A stretch of DNA of 64,000 bases from Eledone cirrhosa (GCA_964016885.1 OZ024740.1:406782001-406846000), one strand, 5' to 3'; shown: positions 13,608 through 26,273, counted from the stretch's first letter. Program-made: numbers and translations. The notes: a model not told the origin generated them from the sequence alone.

Positions 13608-13610
<3 letters not shown>
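13323..13610 (+). mobile_element. Solo Penelope pseudo-LTR with short inverted tail
   Basis: 13343-13610 is the reverse complement of part of the pLTR at 28242-28675. 13323-13342 (atatttcgtttctgaatttg) is the element's 3' tail in the opposite orientation. Both ends abut (TA)n. Confidence 0.9.
13410..13454 (+). ncRNA. Minimal type-I hammerhead ribozyme motif (pLTR)
   Basis: AGTCA-CTGAAGA-G-GTAACA-gagtg-TGTGAC-GAAA-GAAC-TA-TGACT: perfect stem I, stem II with one mismatch, very short stem III, CUA cleavage triplet. Confidence 0.75.
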
Positions 13611-13696
<86 letters not shown>

Positions 13697-13700
<4 letters not shown>

Positions 13701-14239
13701 CAAAGTGCAGGGCAATAAAGATAGACGGTAGCCACGGAATAGGCAGACCCAGAATAACCTGGGACGAGCTGATAAACTCCGACCTCACACACTCACACCT
13801 CACCAAGACAATGTCACTGGACCGAGACCTTTGGCGGTACTCAGTAATAGAGAAGACCCGTCTTGCCAGTAGGCATCTCTAACAAAATACACCCCGTCCC
13901 ACCACCTCCACCCCATCCACACCGCCCCTTTCAATGTAAAGTTATGTTGGTGCCACAACATCCAGGCCGAAACAAATGAGATCGTGTAGGTGTCACGACA
14001 AAAAAACACACAGTACACGCTGTAATGTGGCCGTGTAGGCAACACGGTAAAAACCTCCCAGTCCCACACTGTAAATGTGGTTGGTGTTAGGAAGGGCATC
14101 CAACTGTAGAAAACCTGCCAGACAGTCCTATGCGAGCAAGAAAATCACTCTTGCCTCAAGTGGGACTACCCCCGTCCAAACCCATGCAAGCATGGAACAC
14201 GGACGTTAAACGTTGATGATGATGGTGATGATGATGATG

Positions 14240-14241
<2 letters not shown>
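13697..14241 (+). mobile_element. RTE LINE 3' end, 5'-truncated
   Basis: [19 protein letters not shown]... then 3'UTR and (gat)n tail, set between (TA)n tracts. Confidence 0.9.
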
Positions 14242-14742
<501 letters not shown>

Positions 14743-14743
<1 letters not shown>

Positions 14744-14783
14744 ATATATGTTTATATATATATGTTTATATATATATATATAT

Positions 14784-14822
<39 letters not shown>

Positions 14823-15045
14823 TATATATATATATATATATATATATGTTTATATATATATATATATGTTTATATATATATATATATATATATGTTTATA
14901 TATATATATGTTTATATATATGTTTATATATATGTTATATATATATATGTTTATATATATGTTATATATATATATGTTTATATATATATATATATATATG
15001 TTTATATATATATATATATATATGTTTATATATATATATATATAT

Positions 15046-15100
<55 letters not shown>

Positions 15101-15219
15101 TATATATATACATATATATATATATGTCTATATATATACATATATATATGTTTATATATATATGTATATATATATATGTTTATATATATATATATATATG
15201 TTTATATATATATATATAT

Positions 15220-15300
<81 letters not shown>

Positions 15301-15410
15301 TATATATATATATGTATATATATATATAAACATATATATATATGTTTATATATATATATATATCTTTATATATATATATATGCTTATAAATATATATATG
15401 TTTATAAATA
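14743..15410. repeat. Long TGTTT-interrupted (TA)n tract
   Basis: Direct reading; source of the spurious IY-repeat ORFs. Confidence 0.95.
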
Positions 15411-16583
15411 TCATCATCATCATCAACGTTTAACGTCCGTGTTCCACGCTTGCATGGGTTTGGACGGGGGTAGTCCCACTTGAGGCAAGAGTGATTGTCT
15501 TGCTCGCATAGGACTGTCTGGCAGGTTTTCTACAGTTAGATGCCCTTCCTAACACCAACCACATTTACAGTGTGGGTCTGGGAGGTTTTTACCGTGTTGC
15601 CTACACGGCCACATTACAGCGTGGACTGTGTGTTTTTTTGTCGTGACACCTACACGATCTCATTTGTTTCGGCCTGGATGGCGCGGCACCAACATAACTT
15701 TACATAGAACGGGGTGGTGTGGATAGGGTGGGGGTGGTGGCGGGACGGGGTGTATTTTGTTAGAGATGCCTACTGGCAAGGCGGGTCTTCTCTGTTACTG
15801 AGTACCGCCAAAGGTCTCGGTCCAGTGACATTGTCTTGGAAAGGTGTAAGTGTGTGAGGTCGGAGTTTATCAGCTCATCCCATGTTTTTCTAGGTCTGCC
15901 TATTCCGTGGCTACCGGCTATCTTTATTGCCCTGCACTTTGTTATACAGCTATCGACTTTCATGCGCATCACGTGTCCATACCAACGCAGCCTTCTCTCG
16001 AGTAAACAACATCTGATCCCTCTTATCTCTAATTTTTTCCTTAGTTCGTTTATGCTTTGCCGTTCACGTATATTACTGTTACACATCCAGCGGAGCATGC
16101 AAGCTTCGTTCCTCTCTAGTCTGCGTATATCCTCTGCACACAATGCCCAGGTCTCACTACCATGCAACATTGCTGTTCGTATGCAGGCATCGTACAACCT
16201 GCCTTTCATTTTTAGGGAGAACCCTTTAGCAGCTAATAGTGGTATAAGCTCTCTGAACTTTTTCCAACCAGTTCTGACTCTAGCTACAGTACTTTCAGAG
16301 CACCCTCCCCCACTGCTGATTTTATCGCCCAGGTAACGGAAGCTGTCCACTATTTCTATAGAACCCTCTGCGCAATTGAAAGAGCTAGTATTTTGTGGGC
16401 ACTTGCTGCTACTTATTGCACCAGAACACCGGCCACATGTAAAATATATGTTCTTAGTTAGCTTACCTGTGATCCCACTACATCTTTTATGCACCCATAC
16501 TTTGCATTTAGGACATAAAATGGAGTTTCTACCTACGCCTTGCCCACACACCGAGCACGACCATTTCCCAGAAGGGACCGCCG
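15410..16583 (-). mobile_element. RTE LINE 3' portion (Cys-rich domain to 3'UTR)
   Basis: ORF 15760-16686: [36 protein letters not shown]; (gat)n tail at 15410-15425. Confidence 0.95.
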
Positions 16584-16591
16584 AAAGGACT

Positions 16592-17367
16592 GCATTGTGT
16601 GCAGAGGATATACGCAGACTAGAGAGGAACGAAGCTTGCATGCTCCGCTGGATGTGCAATAGTAATATACGTGAACGGCTAAGCATAAACGAACTAAGGA
16701 AAAAATTAGAAATAAGAGGGATCAGATGTTGTTTACTCGAGAGAAGGCTACGTTGGTACGGTCACGTGATGCGCATGAAAGACGACAGCTGTATAACAAA
16801 GTGCAGGGCAATAAAGATAGACGGTAGCCACGGAGTAGGCAGACCCAGAAAAACCTGGGACGACATGATAAATTCCGACCTCACACGCTTACATCTCTCC
16901 AAGACAATGTCACTGGACCGAGACCTTTGACGGTACTCAGTAATAGAGAAGACCCGCCTTACCTAAATACAAAGTAAAAACCTACTACAGTCAGTAGGCA
17001 TCTCTATCAAAACACACCCCCGTCCCACCACCTCCACCCCATCCACACCGCCCCTTTCAATGTAAAGTTATGTTGGTGCCACAACATCCAGGCCGAAACA
17101 AATGAGATCGTGTAGGTGTCACGACAAAAAAACACACAGTCCACGCTGTAAATGTGGCCGTGTAGGCAACACGGTAAAAACCTCCCAGCCCCACACTGTA
17201 AATGTGGTTGGTGTTAGGAAGGGCATCCAGTTGTAGAAAACCCGCCAGACAGTCCTATGCGAGCAAGACAACCACTCTTGCCTCAAGTGGGAAAACCCCC
17301 GTCCAAACCCATGCAAGCGTGGAACACGGACGCTAAACCTGATGATGATGATGATGATGATGATGAT
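16592..17367 (+). mobile_element. RTE LINE 3' portion fused head-to-head with the previous copy
   Basis: Begins gcattgtgtgcagagg after an 8-nt linker; has its own 3'UTR and (gat)n tail. Confidence 0.95.
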
Positions 17368-17542
17368 ATATGTTTATATATATATATATATATGTTTATA
17401 TATATATATATATATGTTTATATATATGTTTATATATATATATATATATGTTTATATATATATATATGTTTATATATATATATATGTTTATATATATATA
17501 TGTTTATATATATATATATATATATGTGTATATATATATGGT

Positions 17543-17925
17543 TTTTAGCCTAAGAAAATATATATATGCCTACATATATGCCTATACATGCATACATTTA
17601 TTTTTTTTAATTAATTGAGTTCTTTACACGTGGAATTGATATTAGTTTTGAAATAACTAATTAACCCGCGTGTGTTTTATATTTTACTCTTAATTCGGCC
17701 GGAGATTTACATTCCCATTTGCCCTTTAAAGCATAACTTTCCGTATTTACTATGGTTACGAGATGCGGTTTCTTATTCAGGTACAACCTCTGATTTTAGC
17801 CTAAGAAAATATCTATATGCGTGTGTAATTTATACACGCATATATCTATTTTTTTAATTTCAATTGAGTTCTTAACACGTTGGATTGATAATGTTTTCGA
17901 AAAAACTGATTAACCCGCGTGTATA
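17543..17925. repeat. Imperfect tandem repeat, ~251-bp period, ~1.5 copies
   Basis: ttttagcctaagaaaata...ttgagttct..acacgt...taacccgcgtgt occurs at 17543 and 17794. Confidence 0.8.
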
Positions 17926-18970
17926 TTATTTTTTTTTTTCCTCCTTTCGTGGATCGTAGTTGTCTCCCCTTCCCGCTTAGTGACGCTATAATACTTCCTC
18001 AGTCAAAAACTGCTGGAATTTCAAATTTGCCGGTCATTCGATGCGCGAAGGAGCAACTTAACAGACACGATTTTTAACTGTGGTAAGAAATGTTTTTCTT
18101 ATATCAAAGTTTAATGGGCTTCCACTGATGATTTATAAGCGCCCACCTAAATATATTCTTACATGAATGTATATTAGGCTTCTACATAAACTGGAAATAT
18201 TCTCCGAATTTGTAGAAAACTTATAATGAAACAATTGTTTGGAAAGAGAGATATATTTTAACTTTAATTATATCTCATAAAATAATACAACTGGCTTTTC
18301 CACATAATACATATTGTTAGCACCCCAAACACTTAAATTGGGTTTATATTAAAATATAACCTAATGTTTGTTGAGCGAGATGGTTACCAGTTAGAGATTA
18401 GCTTTAAACTATCTCTGTTATTGTATTAATATGTTTATATATATATATGTTTATATGTATATATATGTGTATATATATATATATGTTTATATATACATAT
18501 ATATGTTTATATATATATATGTTTATATATACATATATATGTTTATATATATATATGTTTATATATACATATATATGTTTATATATATATATATGTTTAT
18601 ATATACATATATATGTTTATATATATATATGTTTATATATATATATGTTTATATATACATATATATATATGTTTATATATATATATGTTTATATATATAT
18701 ATATAAACGGAAAAAAATGAAACAAAATTTCATTTCCCACTCTTAGTACGGCTGTTACTTAAATATAAGTATGTATACATACATACATATATGTATACAG
18801 ACGTACAGTAGTATGTATATATATATACATACATGCACACATATATATATGTACGTATGGATTCACTAAACATTTATTATAATGCTCGGTGTGTTTGTAA
18901 ACAAACATCCCGTATTAAGCCGCAGTGTCTAGCAACCACCGTTGCTTGTTTGTTCAACACTGAAAAAAGA

Positions 18971-19013
18971 ACGCTGTACTAGTTTCAAGCTTGTTAGCTA
19001 TCGTCAGCAACGT
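18971..19013 (-). ncRNA. Minimal type-I hammerhead ribozyme motif
   Basis: ACGTTG-CTGACGA-TAGCT-aaca-AGCTT-GAAA-CTAG-TA-CAGCGT: stem I 6 bp (one GU), palindromic stem III ACTAGT, GUA triplet, U-U mismatch at the base of stem II. Confidence 0.75.
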
Positions 19014-19087
19014 ATACCTTCCTGCCAGATTGTTGAACGTCCGAAAGTATATACTTTCCTTATGCATATTAACGGCTGAGTAGCCCA

Positions 19088-19095
19088 ATTTGCAT
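19088..19095 (-). promoter_or_regulatory. Octamer motif ATGCAAAT upstream of hammerhead
   Basis: Exact octamer; sits at the same position as 20686-20693 in the diverged sister element. Confidence 0.45.
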
Positions 19096-19249
19096 ATTGA
19101 GTGGGTTAATCGGCCGGGTGCACCGAAAACGATAAACGGAGAAAATGAAACGAAATTTCATTTCCCACTCTTTACAAACACACCGAGCATTATAATATAT
19201 GTTTGGTGAATCCATACGTACATATATATATGTGTGCATGTATGTATAT

Positions 19250-20403
19250 ATCATCATCATCATCATCATCAGGTTTAGCGTCCGTGTTCCACGCTCGCAT
19301 GGGTTTGGACGGGGGTTTTCCCACTTGAGGCAAGAGTGGTTGTCTTGCTCGCATAGGACTGTCTGGCGGGTTTTCTACAGCTGGATGCCCTTCCTAACAC
19401 CAACCACATTTACAGTGTGGGGCTGGGAGGTTTTTACCGTGTTGCCTACACGGCCACATTTACAGCGTGGACTGTGTGTTTTTTGTCGTGACACCTACAC
19501 GATCTCATTTGTTTCGGCCTGGATGTTGTGGGACCAACATAACTTTACATTGAAAGGGGCGGTGTGGATGGGGTGGAGGTGGTGGGACGGGGGTGTGTTT
19601 TGATAGAGATGCCTACTGACTGTAGTAGGTTTTTACTTTGTAATTTAGGTAAGGCGGGTCTTCTCTATTACTGAGTACCGCCAAAGGTCTCGGTCCAGTG
19701 ACATTGTCTTGGAGAGGTGTAAGCGTGTGAGGTCGGAATTTATCATGTCGTCCCAGGTTTTTCTGGGTCTGCCTACTCCGTGGCTACCGTCTATCTTTAT
19801 TGCCCTGCACTTTGTTATACAGCTGTCGTCTTTCATGCGCATCAAGTGACCGTACCAACGTAGCCTTCTCTCGAGTAAACAACATCTGATCCCTCTTATT
19901 TCTAATTTTTTCCTTAGTTCGTTTATGCTTTGCCGTTCACGTATATTACTATTGCACATCCAGCGGAGCATGCAAGCTTCGTTCCTCTCTAGTCTGCGTA
20001 TATCCTCTGCACACAATGCCCAGGTCTCACTGCCATGCAGCATTGCTGTTCGTATGCAGGCATCGTATAACCTGCCTTTCATTTTTAGGGAGAACCCTCT
20101 AGCGGCTAATAGTGGTATAAGCTCTCTGAACTTTTTCCATCCAGTTCTGACTCTAGCTACTGTACTTTCAGAGCACCCTCCCCCACTGCTGATTTTGTCA
20201 CCCAGATAACGGAAGCTGTCCACTATTTCTATAGAACCCTCTGCGCAGTTGAAGGAGCTAGTATTTTGTGGGCACTTGCTGCTACTTATTGCACCAGAGC
20301 ACCGGCCACATGTAAAATCTATGTTCTTAGTTAGCTTACCTGTGATCCCACTACATCTTTTATGCACCCATACTTTGCATTTGGGACATAAAATGGAGTT
20401 TCC
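19250..20403 (-). mobile_element. RTE LINE 3' portion
   Basis: Uninterrupted ORF 19645-20367, then 3'UTR and (gat)n tail. Confidence 0.95.
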
Positions 20404-20685
20404 ATATGTTTATATATATATATATATATATATATACAATTAAGTTAAAAATGTACATCCATATATGTATACTGAAATACTAGTATGCATATGAATACAC
20501 ACACGTATACATATGTAGATGTACCAAGTCTTTCACTGGTTACTTTACTGTGAGTATCCAGCTATTCTGTATGTAAACACACAGACAAACCGGTTTTTAG
20601 AGTCATACTGGTTTTTGAGGAAATTTAATTTCGTTTCGTTATTTGTTTTTATCGTCTCCGTTGAACCGGTACGTACTCACACTCT

Positions 20686-20693
20686 ATGCAAAT
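20686..20693 (+). promoter_or_regulatory. Octamer motif ATGCAAAT upstream of hammerhead
   Basis: Exact octamer 100 nt upstream of the CTGATGA core. Confidence 0.45.
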
Positions 20694-20780
20694 TAGTCTG
20701 CCCACTACTAATTTTCATAGAAAAAGCATATAACGATATGTGCTTTTACGATTCTCCAGAAAGGCCGGTAGATAGGTAAA

Positions 20781-20821
20781 TATTGCTGATGAGTTGTAAC
20801 AACAACGAAACTAGTTCAATA
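20781..20821 (+). ncRNA. Canonical minimal type-I hammerhead ribozyme motif
   Basis: TATTG-CTGATGA-GTTGT-aaca-ACAAC-GAAA-CTAG-TT-CAATA: stems I and II perfect, full core, palindromic stem III, GUU triplet. Confidence 0.9.
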
Positions 20822-21150
20822 TTCCTTGTCTGGCTTTCTGGAGAATAGAGGAAAGGAGTTTCCTCAAAAACCAGTATGACTCTAAAAACCGGTTTGTCTG
20901 TGTGTTTACATACAGAATAGCTGGATACTCACAGTAAAGTAACCAGTGAAAGACTTGGTACATCTACATATGTATACGTGTGTGTATTCATATGCATACT
21001 AGTATTTCAGTATACATATATGGATGTACATTTTTAACTTAATTGTTTAAGCGTCAGTCATACAAAAGTGAGTTACAAACGAAACGAAATTTAATTTTGT
21101 TTCGTTATTTGTTTTTATATATATATATATATATATGTTTATATATATAT

Positions 21151-21185
<35 letters not shown>

Positions 21186-21249
21186 TATATATATATATAT
21201 ATATGTTTATATATATATATATATATATATGTTTATATATATATATATA

Positions 21250-21578
21250 TCATCATTTCATTTTACGTCCGCTTTTTCCCTGCTTGCAAGGGTGGGACGG
21301 GAACTGATTCTGGCTTGATTTCTACAGCTGGATGCCCTTCCTAACACCAACCTCATTTACAGTGAGTGCTGGGTGCTTTTTTGCCGTGGCACCTCCACGA
21401 CCACTTTGCAGTGGAATGATATGGACCCCAGTCCCTATCATCTCATTTCTACAGCTGAGTAAACTGGAGCAATGTGAAATAAAGTGTCTTGCTCAAGGAA
21501 ACAACACATCACCCGGTCTGAGAATTGAACTCACAACCTTTCGATTGCAAGGTGCTCTAACCACTAAGCCATGTGCCT
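21250..21578 (-). mobile_element. tRNA-derived SINE with RTE tail
   Basis: Reverse complement of the 14402-14743 family. Confidence 0.9.
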
Positions 21579-21660
21579 CCATATATATATATATATATGT
21601 TTATATATATAAATGTTTATATATATATATATATATATGTTTATATATATATATATATAT

Positions 21661-21697
<37 letters not shown>

Positions 21698-21808
21698 TAT
21701 ATATATATATATATATGTTTATATATATATATATATATATATGTTTATATATATATATATATATATATGTTTATATATATATATATATATATATGTTTAT
21801 ATATATAT

Positions 21809-23980
21809 CAACTTGCTGCAGGCTACTGATGAAACCTGTGGCTGGAGCAGAGCTCCAACCAGACAGAGAGTGACCTGGTGGTGGAACAGCACAGTAGATA
21901 AGGCTATTAGAGACAAAAGACTAGCATGGAAGGCTTGGAAAAAGGGTGGGAGTAGGGAAGAATATACAGCCACTAAGAGAGAAGCTAGACGTCAGGTGTA
22001 CTTAGCACGCAGGGAGGCAGAGAGTAGGAGGTTTGCCAATGTTCTGCGACGGGAAGATCAGAGGCGTGCGGTGTTCCACATTGCAAGGCAGTGTGTCAAT
22101 GCAAATCAGGATGTTGTTGGAGATAAATGTGTCCGGGATGATGCCGGTGTACTTAGTGTCACGAATGACCAGAAAAAGGAGGCCTGGAAATGTCATTATG
22201 AGAGACTGATGAATGTGGAGAACGAATGGGAGAGAGAGAAATTACCCTTGGTAGATCCGACAGAAGGACCAGCTATTGAGATTGACGAATATAGGGTCCA
22301 AGAGGCGATTAGGGAAATGAAAAATGGTAAGGCGGCCGGACCATCGGGAATAGTTGCTGAGATGCTGAAGGCATCAGGGGACGTAGGCACTAAACTGGTT
22401 GCACGCATCATCAATCAGGCTATATATGGTGGTGTCATACCCAAAGACTGGTGCAGCAGTATTCTCATAAATTGCTACAAAGGTAAAGGGGATGCTTTGG
22501 AGAGGAGCAATTATAGGGGTATAAAACTGATAGATCAGGTTATGAAAGTGGCAGAAAGGATTTTAGCACAACTAATTAGAGAAAGGGTCAAACTAGATGA
22601 GATGCAGTTTGGTTTTGTGCCTGGGAAGAGTACAACAGATGCCCTCTTCTTGGTGAGACAAATGCAAGAGAGGTTCTTAGAGAAGAATAAGCCACTATAC
22701 TTAGCCTTTGTTGACCTAGAGAAGACCTTTGATAGGGTACCCCGATCTGTCATCTGGTGGTCCCTAAGGAAGCTAGGTGTTGAGGAATGGCTTGTGAGGA
22801 CAGTGCAAACTTTGTACAGAGGTTCTCTCAGTAAAGTCAGGGTAGGTATGGAGTTTAGTGAGGAATTCCAGATACAAGTAGGGGTACATCAGGGTTCAGT
22901 TCTCAGCCCGCTCTTGTTCATTATAGTCCTCCAAGCCATAACAGAGGAGTTTAAGACTGGCTGTCCATGGGAACTTCTCTACGCTGACGATCTGGCTCTT
23001 ATAGCAGAATCAGTAGAGGAGCTAGAGAATAAATTCCGGCTATGGAAACAGCAGTTGGAAGCAAAAGGACTGAGAGTAAATCTAGCTAAGACAAAAGTGT
23101 TGATGAGTAGAAAAGAGGACAAAACCCTGATTCCGTCAGGGAAATGGCCATGTTCGATATGCAGAAAAGGAACTGGCATAAATTCTATAAAATGCACACA
23201 ATGCAGGTCCTGGGTACACAAGAGATGTAGCGGGATAGCAGGCAAACTAACAGGTAGGGAGAAATATGTATGCAGTAGATGTACAGGGAAATTAGACAGT
23301 AGAAGTCGCACTGATAGACACATTTTTCAAATGCGAGAGGGCGCTATAGAAGTGGTGGATAGCTTCCGGTACCTAGGAGATCAGATTAGCATGGGAGGAG
23401 GGTGTTCCGAGGCCATAGTATCTAGAATAAGGACGGGTTGGAAGAAGTTTAGGGAGCTGCTTCCTCTGTTGACGAAGAAGGGTTTCTCCCTGCGTACGAA
23501 AGGCCGGTTGTATGATGCCTGTGTGAGGAGCGCGATGCTGCATGGTAGTGAGACATGGGCAGCAACCGCAGAGGATATGCGACGGCTGGAGAGAAATGAG
23601 GCAAGCATGCTCCGTTGGATGTGCAATGTAAATGTGCGTGAACGACCCAGCATAAATGTGTTGAGAGAGAAACTGTGTCTGAGAGGGATAGAATGTAGTG
23701 TACGGGAGAGGAGACTGAGGTGGTATGGACATGTGATGCGCATGGAGGATGACCGATGGGTAGAGAAGTGCCAGGAATTGCAGTTGAAGGAAGACGTGGT
23801 AGAGGTAGACCACGAAAAACATGGGCGGAGGTGGTGAGAACAGACCTCAGATCATTGAAGCTCACGGTGGAGATGACGAGGGACCGTGACGAGAGGAGAG
23901 ATGCTGTGCTGAATAAGACCCGTCCCACCCTTGCAAGCAGGGAAAAGCGGACGTAAAATGATGATGATGATGATGATGAT
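21809..23980 (+). mobile_element. RTE-clade LINE, 5'-truncated, complete RT domain
   Basis: About 2 kb open frame with [33 protein letters not shown] and YADD. One frameshift near 23780, stop at 23956, (gat)n tail; no APE domain. Confidence 0.97.
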
Positions 23981-24196
23981 ATATATATATAAACATATAT
24001 ATATATATATGTTTATATATATATATATATATATATGTTTATATATATATAATATATATATTTATATATATATAATATATATATTTATATATATATAATA
24101 TATATATATATATAATATATATATATATATGTTTATATATATATAATATATATAATATATATATATATATGTTTATATATATATATATATATATGT

Positions 24197-24233
<37 letters not shown>

Positions 24234-24253
24234 TATATATATATATGTTTATA

Positions 24254-26074
24254 TTAACCAAGTCGTACAGAATGGGGTTGTTCCGAAGGACTGGCATAGC
24301 AGCATCATCGTTAACTGTTATAAGGGTAAAGAAGACGCCCTAGATAGGAGTAACTATAGAGGCATTAAATTAATCGACCAGGTCATGAAGGTCACGGAAA
24401 AAGTAATAGCGCAACTAATCAGAGAGAGAATTGACCTAGATGAAATGCAGTTCGGGTTTGTGTCAGGCAAAAGCACCACAGACGCTCTTTTCATAGTACG
24501 ACAACTACAGAAGTACCTAACTAAAGGTAAACCCCTCTACTTAGCTTTTGTCGACCTGGAGAAAGCCTTCGACAGAGTCCCCCGCTCCATTATCTGGTGG
24601 GCTCTTAGAAAACTAGGCGTTGACGAATGGCTTGTGAGGGCTATACAAGCCATGTATAAAGAAACAGTCAGCAAGGTTAGAATTAACAACGAATATAGTG
24701 AAGAGTTTAGTGTAAAAGTTGGCGTCCATCAGGGCTCTGTTCTCAGCCCCCTACTATTTATTATTGCCCTTCAGGCTATAACAGAGGAGTTCAAGACAGG
24801 CTGCCCATGGGAACTCCTATACGCAGACAACCTGACACTCATAGCAGAATCAATGGCCGAGCTAGAGAAGAAATTCCAAACATGGAAGCACGGCCTAGAG
24901 TCAAAAGGACTTAAAATTAACCTGGCTAAGACCAAAGTTCTAGTTTGTAGGAAAGAAAACAAGGCGGCGGTCCCTTCTGGGAAATGGTCGTGCTCGGTAT
25001 GTAGGAAAGGCGTAGGTAGAAACTCCATTTTATGTCCTAAATGCAAAGTATGGGTGCATAAAAGATGTAGTGGGATCACAGGTAAGCTAACTAAGAACAT
25101 AGACTTTACATGTGGCCGGTGTTCTGGTGCAATAAGTAGCAGCAAGTGCCCACAAAATACTAGCTCTTTCAATTGCGCAGAGGGTTCTATAGAAATAGTG
25201 GACAGCTTCCGTTACCTGGGCGATAAAATCAGCAGTGGGGGAGGGTGCTCTGAAAGTACTGTAGCTAGAGTCAGAACTGGTTGGAAAAAGTTCAGAGAGC
25301 TTATACCACTATTAGCTGCTAAAGGGTTTAGACCTGGGCATTGTGTGCAGAGGATATACGCAGACTAGAGAGGAACGAAGCTTGCATGCTCCGCTGGATG
25401 TGTAACAGTAATATACGTGAACGGCAAAGCATAAACGAACTAAGAAAAAAATTAAAGATAAGAGGGATCAGATGTTGTTTACTCGAGAGAAGGCTGCGTT
25501 GGTATGGACATGTGATGCGCATGAAAGTCGATAGCTGTATAACAAAGTGCAGGGCAATAAAGATAGACGGTAGCCACGGAATAGGCAGACCTAGAAAAAC
25601 ATGGGATGAGCTGATAAACTCCGACCTCACACACTTACACCTCTCCAAGACAATGTCACTGGACCGAGACCTTTGGCGGTACTCAGTAACAGAGAAGACC
25701 CGCCTTGCCAGTAGGCATCTCTAACAAAATACACCCCGTCCCGCCACCACCCCTACCCCATCCACACCACCCCGTTCTATGTAAAGTTATGTTGGTGCCG
25801 CGCCATCCAGGCCGAAACAAATGAGATCGTGTAGGTGTCACGACAAAAAAACACACAGTCCACGCTGTAATGTGGCCGTGTAGGCAACACGGTAAAAACC
25901 TCCCAGACCCACACTGTAAATGTGGTTGGTGTTAGGAAGGGCATCCAACTGTAGAAAACCTGCCAGACAGTCCTATGCGAGCAAGACAATCACTCTTGCC
26001 TCAAGTGGGACTACCCCCGTCCAAACCCATGCAAGCGTGGAACACGGACGTTAAACATTGATGATGATGATGAT
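24254..26074 (+). mobile_element. RTE-clade LINE (second family), 5'-truncated, RT with YADN and an internal deletion
   Basis: ORFs 24169-25368 and 25341-25724; deletion at ~25329; 3'UTR and (gat)n tail. Confidence 0.97.
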
Positions 26075-26106
26075 ATATATATGTGTTTATATATATATAT
26101 ATATAT

Positions 26107-26273
<167 letters not shown>

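Larger units (their letters stand above)
18703..19250 (-). mobile_element. Non-coding hammerhead-containing element (retrozyme/pLTR-like), ~429-nt monomer
   Basis: Direct repeat at 18703-18745 / 19132-19173; inverted arm at ~19171-19250 versus ~18822-18901; internal hammerhead and octamer. Confidence 0.75.
20436..21118 (+). mobile_element. Non-coding hammerhead-containing element (retrozyme/pLTR-like), 466-nt monomer
   Basis: 188-bp inverted arms at 20436-20623 / 20859-21046; 33-bp direct repeat at 20620 / 21086; flanked by (TA)n. Confidence 0.8.

Noticed and set aside
15836-16336. Recurrent ORFs such as MLCRSRILLLHIQRSMQASF... and [11 protein letters not shown]...
   Set aside because: Antisense or UTR frames of repeated RTE copies; the recurrence reflects copy number only.
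17945-18002. Minus-strand CTGAGGA...GAAA spacing like a hammerhead
   Set aside because: Stem II is weak and stems I and III do not pair convincingly.
21573-23837. 754-aa ORF as an intact autonomous LINE protein
   Set aside because: The first ~78 residues are (TA)n, the endonuclease is missing and the C-terminus is frameshifted.
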